Shown here piece by piece: positions 55,501 through 64,000 of a stretch of 64,000 nucleotides of DNA. This stretch comes from Chloropicon primus (lineage: Eukaryota). The notes below the pieces were generated by a model, which worked only from the letters and a program-made list of their open reading frames with translations, was not told the origin of the DNA and ran no database searches. The stretch covers positions 682,001-746,000 of the forward strand of contig CP060757.1 of assembly GCA_023205875.1 (NCBI GenBank), read 5' to 3'. The position numbers were made by a program, and so were the translations under genes. Within the stretch, counting starts at the first letter, position 1. Each line of letters opens with the position of its first letter.

Positions 55501-56739
55501 CCTTTTCTTGATCCAAGGCATCTTCAAAAGCTTGTCTTGGTCCAGCCACGTTGGCAAGCCGCTCACCGCCTCGAGGACAATCACAGGCGAGGCTCCATTC
55601 TTCGTGTTCCACTTCAGAAGATCGTCCTCGTACCTGAACACATAAGACTTTGGCGTCCTGCTCGGCTTAGCCCTGCACATCTTGTGGAGCGTAATTCCTG
55701 CCCTCAGGAGCATGCGGCCAATCTGGTACTCGTCCTTGACAGGAGTAGCTGGGAAAAGCCTGGACATACTCATGTTTCCAGCAGCAGCTCCTGTGAAGGA
55801 CTCCGTCCTCATAAATGATTGACCCACCGCGGAGAGCTTCCTCTCCATTCCAACGGACGACATCTTTCTGCCATCTCCGCCAGCAGCCATCCCACGGGCA
55901 GAAAAACTCTGCCTGTTGGCAAAACTCGCTCTTCCGGCGTAAGACAGCCTTCTGTTATCCGGCATCAAAGCCTGTCCCGAGTTGCGGTTCTGTGGTTCTG
56001 GTGTAGGCAAAAGCAGCTGGAAGTGCTCAAGCTGCTGTTGCTTCTCGTTTGCAGACTCGTCCAGGGCGGTCCTCATCTCTCTTGCGTACTTGGTGGCCTC
56101 TCCAACGCTGGAGAGAATTTGACTTGTCAAGTCGTGCAAACCCGTCGTCTCTTTCACGAGACCGTGAAGCTTTCCCTTCAGCTTGTCAAGGTCGTCCAGA
56201 GCTTTCAAGATGTGATCGCTCCTGGCGTCGTCCTTTTTCAGCCTCAACGTCGCAATCTTCTCTGCAAGGTCGCTGGCAGCCTCGGCTTCCTTCGCGTATC
56301 GCACCACGTCGAGCTTTGCGGCAGGCAGTCCAGCTTCCTCGAGTTCGTGCTCAGTCGCACCCCTTTGCCTGAGCTTGCTGGTATCTCTCCCGCTCTCGCT
56401 GGTTAGCTGCTCTTTCAGTTCTTCCAGGGCCAAGTCCTTCTCTTCCTGCAAAATCGCTTCAAGCTCCTTTAGCCAAAGCGAACATAGAGCGGGCTTGACC
56501 GCTATCCGAAGAATGGCCCTATACAAAGTGCCAAGACCTTTCTGCCTCACGTAACCTTTTATGAGGTGCTTGTGCGTGAACTTGAGGACTTTGTGTGGAT
56601 CAGGCTCAACAGTCGTCTCTCCCGTGAGAATGTAATTCACTTTCTGCTCTGGCGTCTCAGAGGTGCTGAAGCTGGACTCCTCCACCTGTTTTTCCACCAG
56701 TCCACCCAGCTCCTGCTGAACCGCATCTTCCATCGCCAT
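52576..56739 (-). CDS. Cyclic-nucleotide-dependent (PKG-like) AGC kinase with four CNB domains and a long N-terminal extension
   Basis: GRGAFG, YAMK, YRDLKPEN, DFG, TICGTPEYVAPE, AGC tail APYVP; four CNB folds. The frame stays open to 56826, so the start is uncertain. Confidence 0.9.
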   Translation of the reverse strand: MAMEDAVQQELGGLVEKQVEESSFSTSETPEQKVNYILTGETTVEPDPHKVLKFTHKHLIKGYVRQKGLGTLYRAILRIAVKPALCSLWLKELEAILQEEKDLALEELKEQLTSESGRDTSKLRQRGATEHELEEAGLPAAKLDVVRYAKEAEAASDLAEKIATLRLKKDDARSDHILKALDDLDKLKGKLHGLVKETTGLHDLTSQILSSVGEATKYAREMRTALDESANEKQQQLEHFQLLLPTPEPQNRNSGQALMPDNRRLSYAGRASFANRQSFSARGMAAGGDGRKMSSVGMERKLSAVGQSFMRTESFTGAAAGNMSMSRLFPATPVKDEYQIGRMLLRAGITLHKMCRAKPSRTPKSYVFRYEDDLLKWNTKNGASPVIVLEAVSGLPTWLDQDKLLKMPWIKKRFKGMNDVLLHSVKLTVGHSLVGTDKFEMLLFSDSTDIAKNVLAGFEDINGPSGKLDEVQESNTSERSAIENQPSFTIKSRSRAKTLVNQSDSFDPDLSSSKKKKRKSQSVDQADSLPQLVKTGQRQRIAKNAEDREFLLSVLKKNKIFINAEDSTLEEIIQIMRKVTVTDGMEMAIQGTFATNFYIIQEGRLEAYDEYMDNVMTHSSRLKAVYGHGDSFGGTSLIFKCPFLYSIVARTDCVLWALDQETFSRALNNNQEIQKTIETLVEVPIFNALDDGLFSDTVLKFEIKKYKPEEVIVGDDEPATHFYVLMEGQIDIKSNWYGVTKEGINERLSKSMSLPGQCFGDFEICFNQKHNQTYLAGPNGATLLTLKLEYFENISKFLLQASDVTLRVNVLYTLPIFASLTEEQVKDVAESFDYEEFSEGSTIIKKGEKGNKFYFLKKGKISVLDMIDGELKMVNQIRGHGSFGELALLNDDPRNAFVVAETDVELYSLKRDDFRKLVNLANDSTAREKVMKILFSIESLSRLSKSDVAVLAETMECKKVTEGQKLVTTGTVNDKLYIISKGELVLTKKRETANQQATERVRLLPGNFFGEKALLKTEESTFDVTAARLSEVFVLSREIVEKACGSLEEIKQKDKQKTEEEEKLANMGTDDFVDQGIIGRGAFGMVKLVMAKNSKKYYAMKSLIKHNIVKKKHQKHLVQEIKMLENLDHEMIIMLRKKWQDERYIYLLTDVCSGGDLYQEIRRSQGFSEEVCKFYIACLISMFSHLRAKNIVYRDLKPENVLLDDFGYLKLIDFGLAKELKEGKKASTICGTPEYVAPEILLNEGYGPSVDIWSIGILLYEMITTKTPFASKTSKTVLSNILQKKIHYTDRKFADISAECKDFIEGCLKKEKNLRLGARSVEELRSHAWFKSYSNANWNAIDRKVYPAPYVPSKKPSEMQILEPDVAEKDLPPPENDYELDTIFESY

Positions 56740-57682
56740 CTTGACTCTTCCTTCTCGTTCAAAGCGAGCGCGTAACCTCTTCACTCCAGTCGCGTCCGAG
56801 CTCCAAGTTTCAAACTCTAGAAGCAAGCAAGTCTACCTTTCCTCTCGCATGCTCCTGCAGTTCCCCCGCCTTTTCTCGATTTTCCTTGTCGAGGCAATTG
56901 AGTCGGAACAAAGCAGAGCGGCTCGGTGAATTGCACGACCTTCCACTTGGTCAACCCCAAGGTGACAAGTCTAACCGGTGGCGGAGCTGGAGATCCGCCC
57001 CTCACCCGCTCCACTCGTCCCACTATGTGTCTCTTCGATAGGAGCGTGTACGGGTATCACGAGTGGACCACCTCCAACCCTCTTCTTCCCTTGGCCCTCC
57101 CCCTCCCCTCCATGGCCAATTACAAAGGCAATACTAAAGAACAAGCACAGGGGAGAGACAGGGAGAGACAGGGAGAGAGAGGGAGAGACCAGGGGGACAA
57201 GAAGAGGGAAGAGGAGAGGGGGAAAAGGCAAGGGAAGAATGAGACCTCCATAAGCACAAGGACTTTCCATAAACAACTACAACAAAAACAAACACAAAGG
57301 AGAAAATGAAAAAGAAAAAGAAAGGCCTTTTCCAGCCACCAACTTCAACTTGATTAGGGAAACGGCTCATCAGGTGTACCAAATGTTTACACCCACATCA
57401 CAACGCCAAAGGAGAGGAGAGGAGAGAGGAGAGGAGCGGGCCGAGCCGAGGCTAAACCTGAGACTCTCTCTCGCGAAGGTCGGACGAAGGGGACGAAGGG
57501 GACGAAGGGGACGAGCGGGAGGAGGTCTTGGGAGTTGCGCCGAGCAGAGGTCTCGAGATCTGTCGATACCCCGGTTGAGACGAGACGGAGGAGGGGCTGG
57601 TGTTTGTGTGACAAGCCTTGCTGTGTGCAGGGGTGTGGTGTTGGGTTTGAGCCCTGCCTTTGCGTTTGCGGGGGAGGGGGAG

Positions 57683-58506
57683 ATGAACGACGACGAGAAG
57701 GAGCAGGTTGCGGAAATCGTGAAGGACGTTCGTCAATCCGCAAGGTTTTACAGATACGGCTTGAAGAGGAAGAAGGAGGAGGCCAAGGACAAGGCCGGTG
57801 CTGCAGAGGAGCATGTCACGAAGCAGCTGAAGGGAACTCTCGCCAAGTGCTGTAAGTTGAAGTCGAAGCTTCTCAGAACAAATTTTTGAGGCACGCGCGC
57901 ACACGCACGCACACAAAACCGACCGCCTGGAAGCCTGACGACCATCTCTTCTGACTCGACGACGCTGCCTGCTTTCCGTTTCGCTTCCACGGATATAAGT
58001 GCCCCAAATGATGTACGGTTTCGGAGACCACAAAGACACCGAGGTAGAGAGCGTGGCGTACCTGGAGTCCTTGGTGTTCGAGAGGATAGCCTCGCTGGCC
58101 GCACGGTGCGTGGAGAACAGCACCTTGGGCCAAGCTCATGGAAAGGCCAAAGTGACAGCGCAGGACCTTCTGTTTGAGATCAGAAAAGTAAGTGGGGGAG
58201 CCAGAGGCTTGCTGGGACGAACGAAGCAGTTGCAGGGTCCTCGCTGCCCGCCCGAACCACACAAATGCGACCCTCGCTCTCCTCCTCCGTCTCGCGAGCA
58301 CCTTGCTCCTTGTTCCGGAACTGACCCCGCGCGCTTCCTCCTCTACCGTCTCTCGTTCTCTGGCACGCACGCGGCTTCACTCTTGGCCCAAACTGAAGGA
58401 CAAGCGGAAACACAGGAGATGCAAGGAACTCTTGCGACTGAATGAGGAGATCAAGCAATCGAAAAAATCGTTCGAAAAACCTGAGATGCTCGAGGACGGC
58501 AAGTAG
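57683..58506 (+). CDS. TAF13: TFIID subunit TAF13 (histone fold; 3 exons)
   Basis: Exons 57683-57851, 58000-58187, 58399-58506: LPQMMYGFGD..ESV..LE.LV..DLLFEIRK|DKRK..RCKELL..NEEIK..KKSF. Confidence 0.88.
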
Positions 58507-58916
58507 GACCGGGAAGCGGGCAGGCTTCAAACCTTGCCACGCACCGTCGGACTCCATGAAAGACCTGGAATCCAGAGGGGGATTGCTCAGAGGGAGTCCG
58601 GAGTTCTCTTTATTGTATATTTACCATCAATGTCCTCAGGACGAGGTCCACACGAGCTCCTGTCTCGTGGTTTCCCCCGTAAAACACCACCTAGTGAATC
58701 ACCAATCAATCAATCAATCAAGCGAGGAGACGTTGCACCGCACAGAAGAGTCTTTTCCAAACGTTTTCTACGGATCCAGGGAGATAATGCGTCACGACAA
58801 AGGCCGCCTTTGACCCCACCTCTGCAACTCTCACTTCCATTCTGTCTCGTCTCTCCAGCCAGCCCCTTTCACACTTCAAGGAGGGGAGGAGCCTCCAGCC
58901 AAACAAAGAACAAACA

Positions 58917-60655
58917 ATGGCGGGCGAGGTAAGGGGGGACGAGAGTGACGGGGGGGGGGGGAGGAGCGGAGCAGGCGGGGGTAAGGGGGTATCGGGCATG
59001 GTAATGCGTCCTTGTGGCCCGAACGTCCTTGTTCTCCCAGTAATTGGCGCGCGCGCGCGCGCGCGCGCGGTTTGTTGGCTCCCCCGTTCAGACGAGATAA
59101 GGAACACTCCCATGAAGATAGATCCACGGGATCGACGGAGGGAAGGCTAAGGCTTACGCTCCGCGACACAAGTCTCTCGGTTTCTGACTCGTGTGCTTTC
59201 TTTCGGTCTGTTCGATTTTCACAGAGTTGGGCCGACGAGGTCGATAACGAAGAAAATGGTGGGCAGGAGCAGGCGGACGCCCTCGCCGATCAGATGACTC
59301 AGAAAGGAGGGCTGACGGACCCTAACACTGAGGGCGGTGGGGATGACACTCCTGATGAGCCTGATACGAGCCTGAAGGCTGAGAAGTTGAACGAGGACTC
59401 GGAAGGAATCGAGAGGAAGCTTGCAGACGACGTCCAGACCCCGTACAAGTCGGCAAAAACTTTCAAGGAGCTTGGGTTGAAGGAGAGCTTGCTTGAGGGC
59501 ATCTTCAACGTGATGAAGTTCGAGAAGCCGAGCAAGATCCAGGCCGAGACGCTGCCTATGATCTTGGAGCCTCCTCACAGAAACCTCATAGCCCAGGCTC
59601 ACAACGGATCGGGAAAGACGACTTGCTTCGTGCTTGGAATGCTCTCCCTCGTGGACCCTGAAGTGAAGCAGCCTCAGGCCTTGTGCATCTGTCCCACGAG
59701 AGAGCTGGCCATCCAGAACCTGGACAGGACGCAGAAGATGGGGACCTTCTGCACGGGCACAACGTACGCGCTTGTGGTACCGGGACAGAACTTCTCTAGC
59801 GGCATCCAAGACCAGATTCTTATCGGAACCCCTGGCCGAATGGCTGACTTGGTGAGGAGGAGAAAGATCTCGCTGGACCAGATCAGGTGCGTCGTGTTCG
59901 ATGAGGCCGACGAAATGCTTGCCAGAGGGTTTAGGGACTTCAGCATCACCCTGTTGAAGGAGATAGATAAGAAGAGGGAGAAGAAAAATTTGCAGTGCCA
60001 GAAGATCTTGTTCTCGGCGACGTTCAGCGACGAGGTGAGAGATTTCGCGATTAACAAGATACCCAAGGCCAACCACATCTTCTTGAAGGCAGTCGACCTG
60101 AAGATCGACCTGATCAAGCAGTATCGGGTTCCCGTGCCCACCAAGGAGGCAAAGGCGTCGGTGATCAAGATGATCTTCGAGCTCGGAGACCTTGGCCAGA
60201 CCATCATCTTCGTCAGGACGAAGGACTCGGCCAGGAAGCTGCACTCTCAGCTCGCGAACGAGGGGCACAAGTGCACGAGCATCACCGGCGACATGCAGCC
60301 CAAGGAGAGAGACCGCGTCATCAAGGAGTTCATAGAAGGAACCACGAGGACAATGATCGCAACGGATGTCCTGTCGAGAGGCTTCGACGTCGACAACGTG
60401 ACCCTGGTAGTGAACCACGACGTCCCCACGGAGAGGACAGGGAACCCTGCTTACGAGACCTACCTTCACAGGGTGGGAAGAACGGGCCGGTTCGGTAGGA
60501 AGGGCGCCGCTTTCAATCTCGTCTTGGGAAATACGGAGAACGTGCAGCTCAGTGCCATCAGTAAGAAGTACAACATTCACTTGGATGACATCAATTGGGA
60601 CAACGAGGAGGAGATTCTGACATCATTGGAGAAGGCGGGTCTGTCCGCCCTTTAG
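58917..60655 (+). CDS. DBP5: DEAD-box mRNA export helicase DBP5/DDX19 (LOS4-like; 2 exons)
   Basis: Mini-exon MAGE 58917-58928, exon 59225-60655. SWADE, FEKPSKIQ, NLIAQAHNGSGKT, DEAD, SAT, ETYLHRVGRTGRFGRKG. Confidence 0.95.
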
Positions 60656-61067
60656 TGCGACTGATGCACTACTACGACACCAAGCATCAATCCCTAATAA
60701 ATATATGATGAAAAAACCGACAGAGTTGCCACCCTTCCCAATATTCTTGGAAGGAAATTTCCAATTCCTCGAGCTTTTTCATCTCGCTTGTAATGTTCTA
60801 AATAGAAAGGAGCCGTCAAGAAGGGCTTCTTTCAACCACCTTGTTGTGCAAACCCAGTGCTAAGCGCGAAGTGAACAATCCCAATTCCTAAATTCCTCGT
60901 CCTTTCGTTACTTCCCCCTGTCCCTGAAAGGCCTTGCCTCCTTTCCTGACCAGCGTCCCCGACCCGAGGACAGAGAGGAGTGGTATCATCAAGAGGGGTT
61001 TGAGTGGTGGGCGCGACTGCACAAAGACCTTGGGAAGACCACGCACACACAAGACTTTGGGGCAAAC

Positions 61068-62142
61068 ATGGCGGACTCGTGGAGGGAAGCCTACGGAGAG
61101 GAGTCCGTGAACGGATTGGAAGACAAGGTAAGGACGGAGGTCAACAGGGAACGAGATGGACGGGGACGAGGAGGAGGCATGCGACAGGGCGGAAAGGGAT
61201 CCTGCACCCGCAAGATTCTGCCTTGAGGGCCTTGGGGGGAGAGGGGGGGTCTGGAGGGGACGTAGCGAGAGACCCCTTAGTTGCCACTGCTACCCCCCCC
61301 TCATTTGTTGGTTTGAGCCTCCGCCGTTGGCTAACGCCGTTCTGTTTGAACTCGCCCTTCCGCAGGAGCTGACCGAGCTGATGGAATACTCCGCCAAGTT
61401 CGACATCCGGCCTCGCAGACGGTTTCTCGTGACTTCTGGCCTTCTCGGACTCTTCACCTTCATTCTGTCCTGCGTTGCGGAGGAGGAAAAATACTGTAAG
61501 TGTTTTGTTTTCTTGGCCCCGGGGTCCAGTGCTTCCGGCGGATTGCCTTGGTCGAAGACTGACCCCCCCGCCCTACTCTTTTCCAACTCCCGCCACCGCA
61601 CAGCCAAATCGGAGCACTTGGCGTTCTGCAATGGAGACAAGAAGTCGAGTAGCGCAGGCATCTTCGGGGTAGTGGCTATGGCCTTGCTTATCGCGGCATA
61701 CGTTTCCTGCATTTCTGGAACCAACGAGTGCTGCAACATGGTCGTTTGCTTGAGAATCGGAGGAAGGAAGTTCAACGCCGGGATTTACCTCTGCCTTGCT
61801 CACTTCTTCTTCATCGTCTCTATCATCATGCTTTACTTTGCCAGCATGAGGGAGCTGAACTCCGACTGCCCAACAAACATGGTGTCTGACGCCGAGTTCA
61901 AGATCCTCAAGGACGGGTACTTTGCTTCTGGCGGCGTCCTCGGTTTCATCGCCGTAGTCTTCTCCATGCTTTACTACTTGGATTCTTTGACCTTGGCCGG
62001 GATCAAGGGTGAGCAGGGCCTCCTCAACGTCAAGAAGAAGACCCTCGGCGGAACCATCACGAGCAAGGCCGTTGCTCTCAACAAGACGACCGCAGGCGAA
62101 TCGGGAGAGACCGAGATGGTCAGCATCAACGTCGATAACTAA
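61068..62142 (+). CDS. Four-TM membrane protein, DUF1218-like (3 exons)
   Basis: Exons 61068-61127, 61366-61495, 61604-62142. LGLFTFILSCVAE..C..GIFGVVA..C..KDGYFASGGVL..LYY. Confidence 0.6.
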
Positions 62143-62333
62143 AACACACAAACCAACAACAAGATCTTGCCCTTTCTTGCAATGCTTCTGCTTCTACCTC
62201 GAGACGACTTTGAATCCATCCTCTCTTCGTCCTCCCAAACAAGCCCTCCCCCCAAGGGCTTGAAAAATAAATTTCCAATAACCATCATAATCGGAGTGAT
62301 CATCGAGGAGAGCCCTGAGGGAGCCAAGGCGCG

Positions 62334-63037
62334 ATGGTCACAACCAAGCCCTTCCATGTGAAGTGCCCTTATACGAACTTGCTGGTGTGCACGTGCACGC
62401 ACGGGGCGACGAGGTTCAAGACTACAAAGGGTGCGTGTCTTGCGCGCGTGTGCGTGCGTGTGTGTGTGTGCTCGGAAGAGATCATCTGTCTCTTGTGTGT
62501 TGTTGTGTGTGAGGGAGGAGAGAGCTTGTCTGAGAGGTGCGCTCGCTGCTTGCCCCTCCGGAGAGCCTTGCTGACACCGTTCCTCGTTTCCTTTCGTGAT
62601 TTGCAGAGAAGGAGGAGTTCTCGGAACATGCGGAGAAGCTGTGGAAGCTCTACAAGAAGTCGCGCTCGGCGGACTCCGAGTGTTGCACGGTCGTGTCCGC
62701 GGAGACCCGGCGGGAACCTCGTCCCCACCCGCTGCTCTTCCGTGGGATGCACGCGAACATCGCCCTCCCGGCTCTCAAGCCGCGGTTTCCCTTGTCGAAC
62801 GCGAGGCGGACGCAAGGCTGGACAGTGGCCGAGCTGCGAGAGGCCTTTGGGGACGACGACGTGAGGCTGATCCTGGAGTCTGCCTTCTCACCCAAGCAGT
62901 GGAAGCAGATGGCCAAGGTGCAAGGGGGCTTGCCTCAGTCACGGGGCCCTGGTTTTGGGGGTGGCGACCTGGATGAGCTGGCGCAGGTAAGTTGAAGAGC
63001 GAGCGAGGAAGTCTCCTCGAGCTAACCCCCGTAGCCG

Positions 63038-63072
<35 letters not shown>

Positions 63073-63691
63073 GCTGATCGACTTTGAACTCTTGTTTCCG
63101 TGTCACCAGATCATGGGCAACACAAGAATAAGGCTGGAGGACGTGAGGAGGTACCACGCGGTCTCGCGGGAGCAATCAGAGGGGCTCGAGGCGCGGTCTC
63201 TGAAGATGCAAGAAGCGGCGGACGCCTTTGAGGCGGAGGTCAGCAAGGAGCTCCAGGCTGGGGCCAATGAGGGAGAAGGTGCGAGCAAAGCCCTCGGGGG
63301 CGCGGGCGAGGCGGAGGAGGCCCCTGAGGACTCCGTGAGGAGGGTGGACGCCCAGAAAGCGACGCGGCCGAGCGACGCGGCCGCTGCCACCGAGGACGAT
63401 GGCGAGGGGGACAATGACGACAAGACTGGAGGGCGCGGCGACGAGGACGACGACGTCTTGGTTCCCTTCCCGAGGCGGAAGCGAACCAGTAGGTCGAGGA
63501 AGGCGAGGGAGGACTTTGGTGGAATGGTTGCCTTCGCGGCGCAAGAAGAAGAAGGTGGTGACGGTGAGGGCAAGGGGGAGGGGAACAGCCTCGTGAGCGA
63601 CGAGCAGCTCGCCCTGCGGCTCCACGAGGAACTGAACGCCCCTCCAACGAAGCGGTTGAGGTTCGCCCAAGCCGACTGTGGCGCCGAGTAG
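62334..63691 (+). CDS. Hypothetical protein with N-terminal His/Cys motif and C-terminal SDEQLALRLHEELN helix (3 exons)
   Basis: Exons 62334-62430, 62607-62986, 63110-63691 join in frame at GT-AG sites. Confidence 0.65.
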
Positions 63692-64000
63692 TCAATAAAA
63701 CAAAACAGTGAGCCTCTTTGCGATATCTGTGCGACCACGGGACCCCCTTGGTCCCCGCTTAACTTGCAATTGTTCTTGTTTGTCTTGAAGTGCAAACTTT
63801 CATTGATCTCTGGACTTCGAGAGCCCCCGCCCCACTCCGGTTGGCGTTTTCCAGTCCATGGAGGTACAGCTCGAGGAGTGTCCTCTGAAACATCCATCCA
63901 TCGGTTCAGAAAAAAATTGCCCAGCTGTCCGTAAGATTAGAGCATCTCCCCGAGCCAAGAGTTGCAATAACGCTTTTTTTCTGTGGCGGCGGAGAAAAAG

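Noticed and set aside
27977..60655. Nup214 and its partner DBP5 in one window as a functional cluster
   Set aside because: About 25 kb and many unrelated genes apart; chance is sufficient.
1..64000. Selenoprotein (in-frame UGA plus SECIS), tRNA, rRNA or transposase
   Set aside because: None recognised by eye; the split genes are explained by introns or frameshifts rather than UGA read-through.

Overview
Gene-dense eukaryotic nuclear DNA (short GT-AG introns, CT/GA microsatellites between genes, UGUAA-type poly(A) signals). It encodes starch (PWD) and phylloquinone (MenB) genes, so the source is most likely a compact green-algal genome; a Chloropicon-like picoalga is my inference and is not verified. 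About 35 genes can be modelled, including ABCG, cysteine synthase, PWD, a qRRM protein, NAP1, WASH1, EBS/SHL, NAA30, GH18, Nup214, TMC, SmE, CFAP77, MenB, PIG-U, an exosome subunit, eIF1, a PDI-like protein, a four-CNB kinase, TAF13 and DBP5. No rRNA, tRNA, CRISPR array or transposase was seen. Main oddities: (1) a full-size ADP1-like (EGF/Cys-rich) ABCG whose two ATPase cores are identical over about 472 nt; (2) a type I metacaspase-like locus missing its whole catalytic p20 domain; (3) a Nup214 gene with two perfect repeat arrays, one frameshifted in five consecutive units; (4) a candidate ~215-nt structured ncRNA next to telomere-like motifs; (5) several ciliary/basal-body genes; (6) degenerate-active-site PDI and GH18 proteins. 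All family calls are from motif recognition by eye; no database searches were run.
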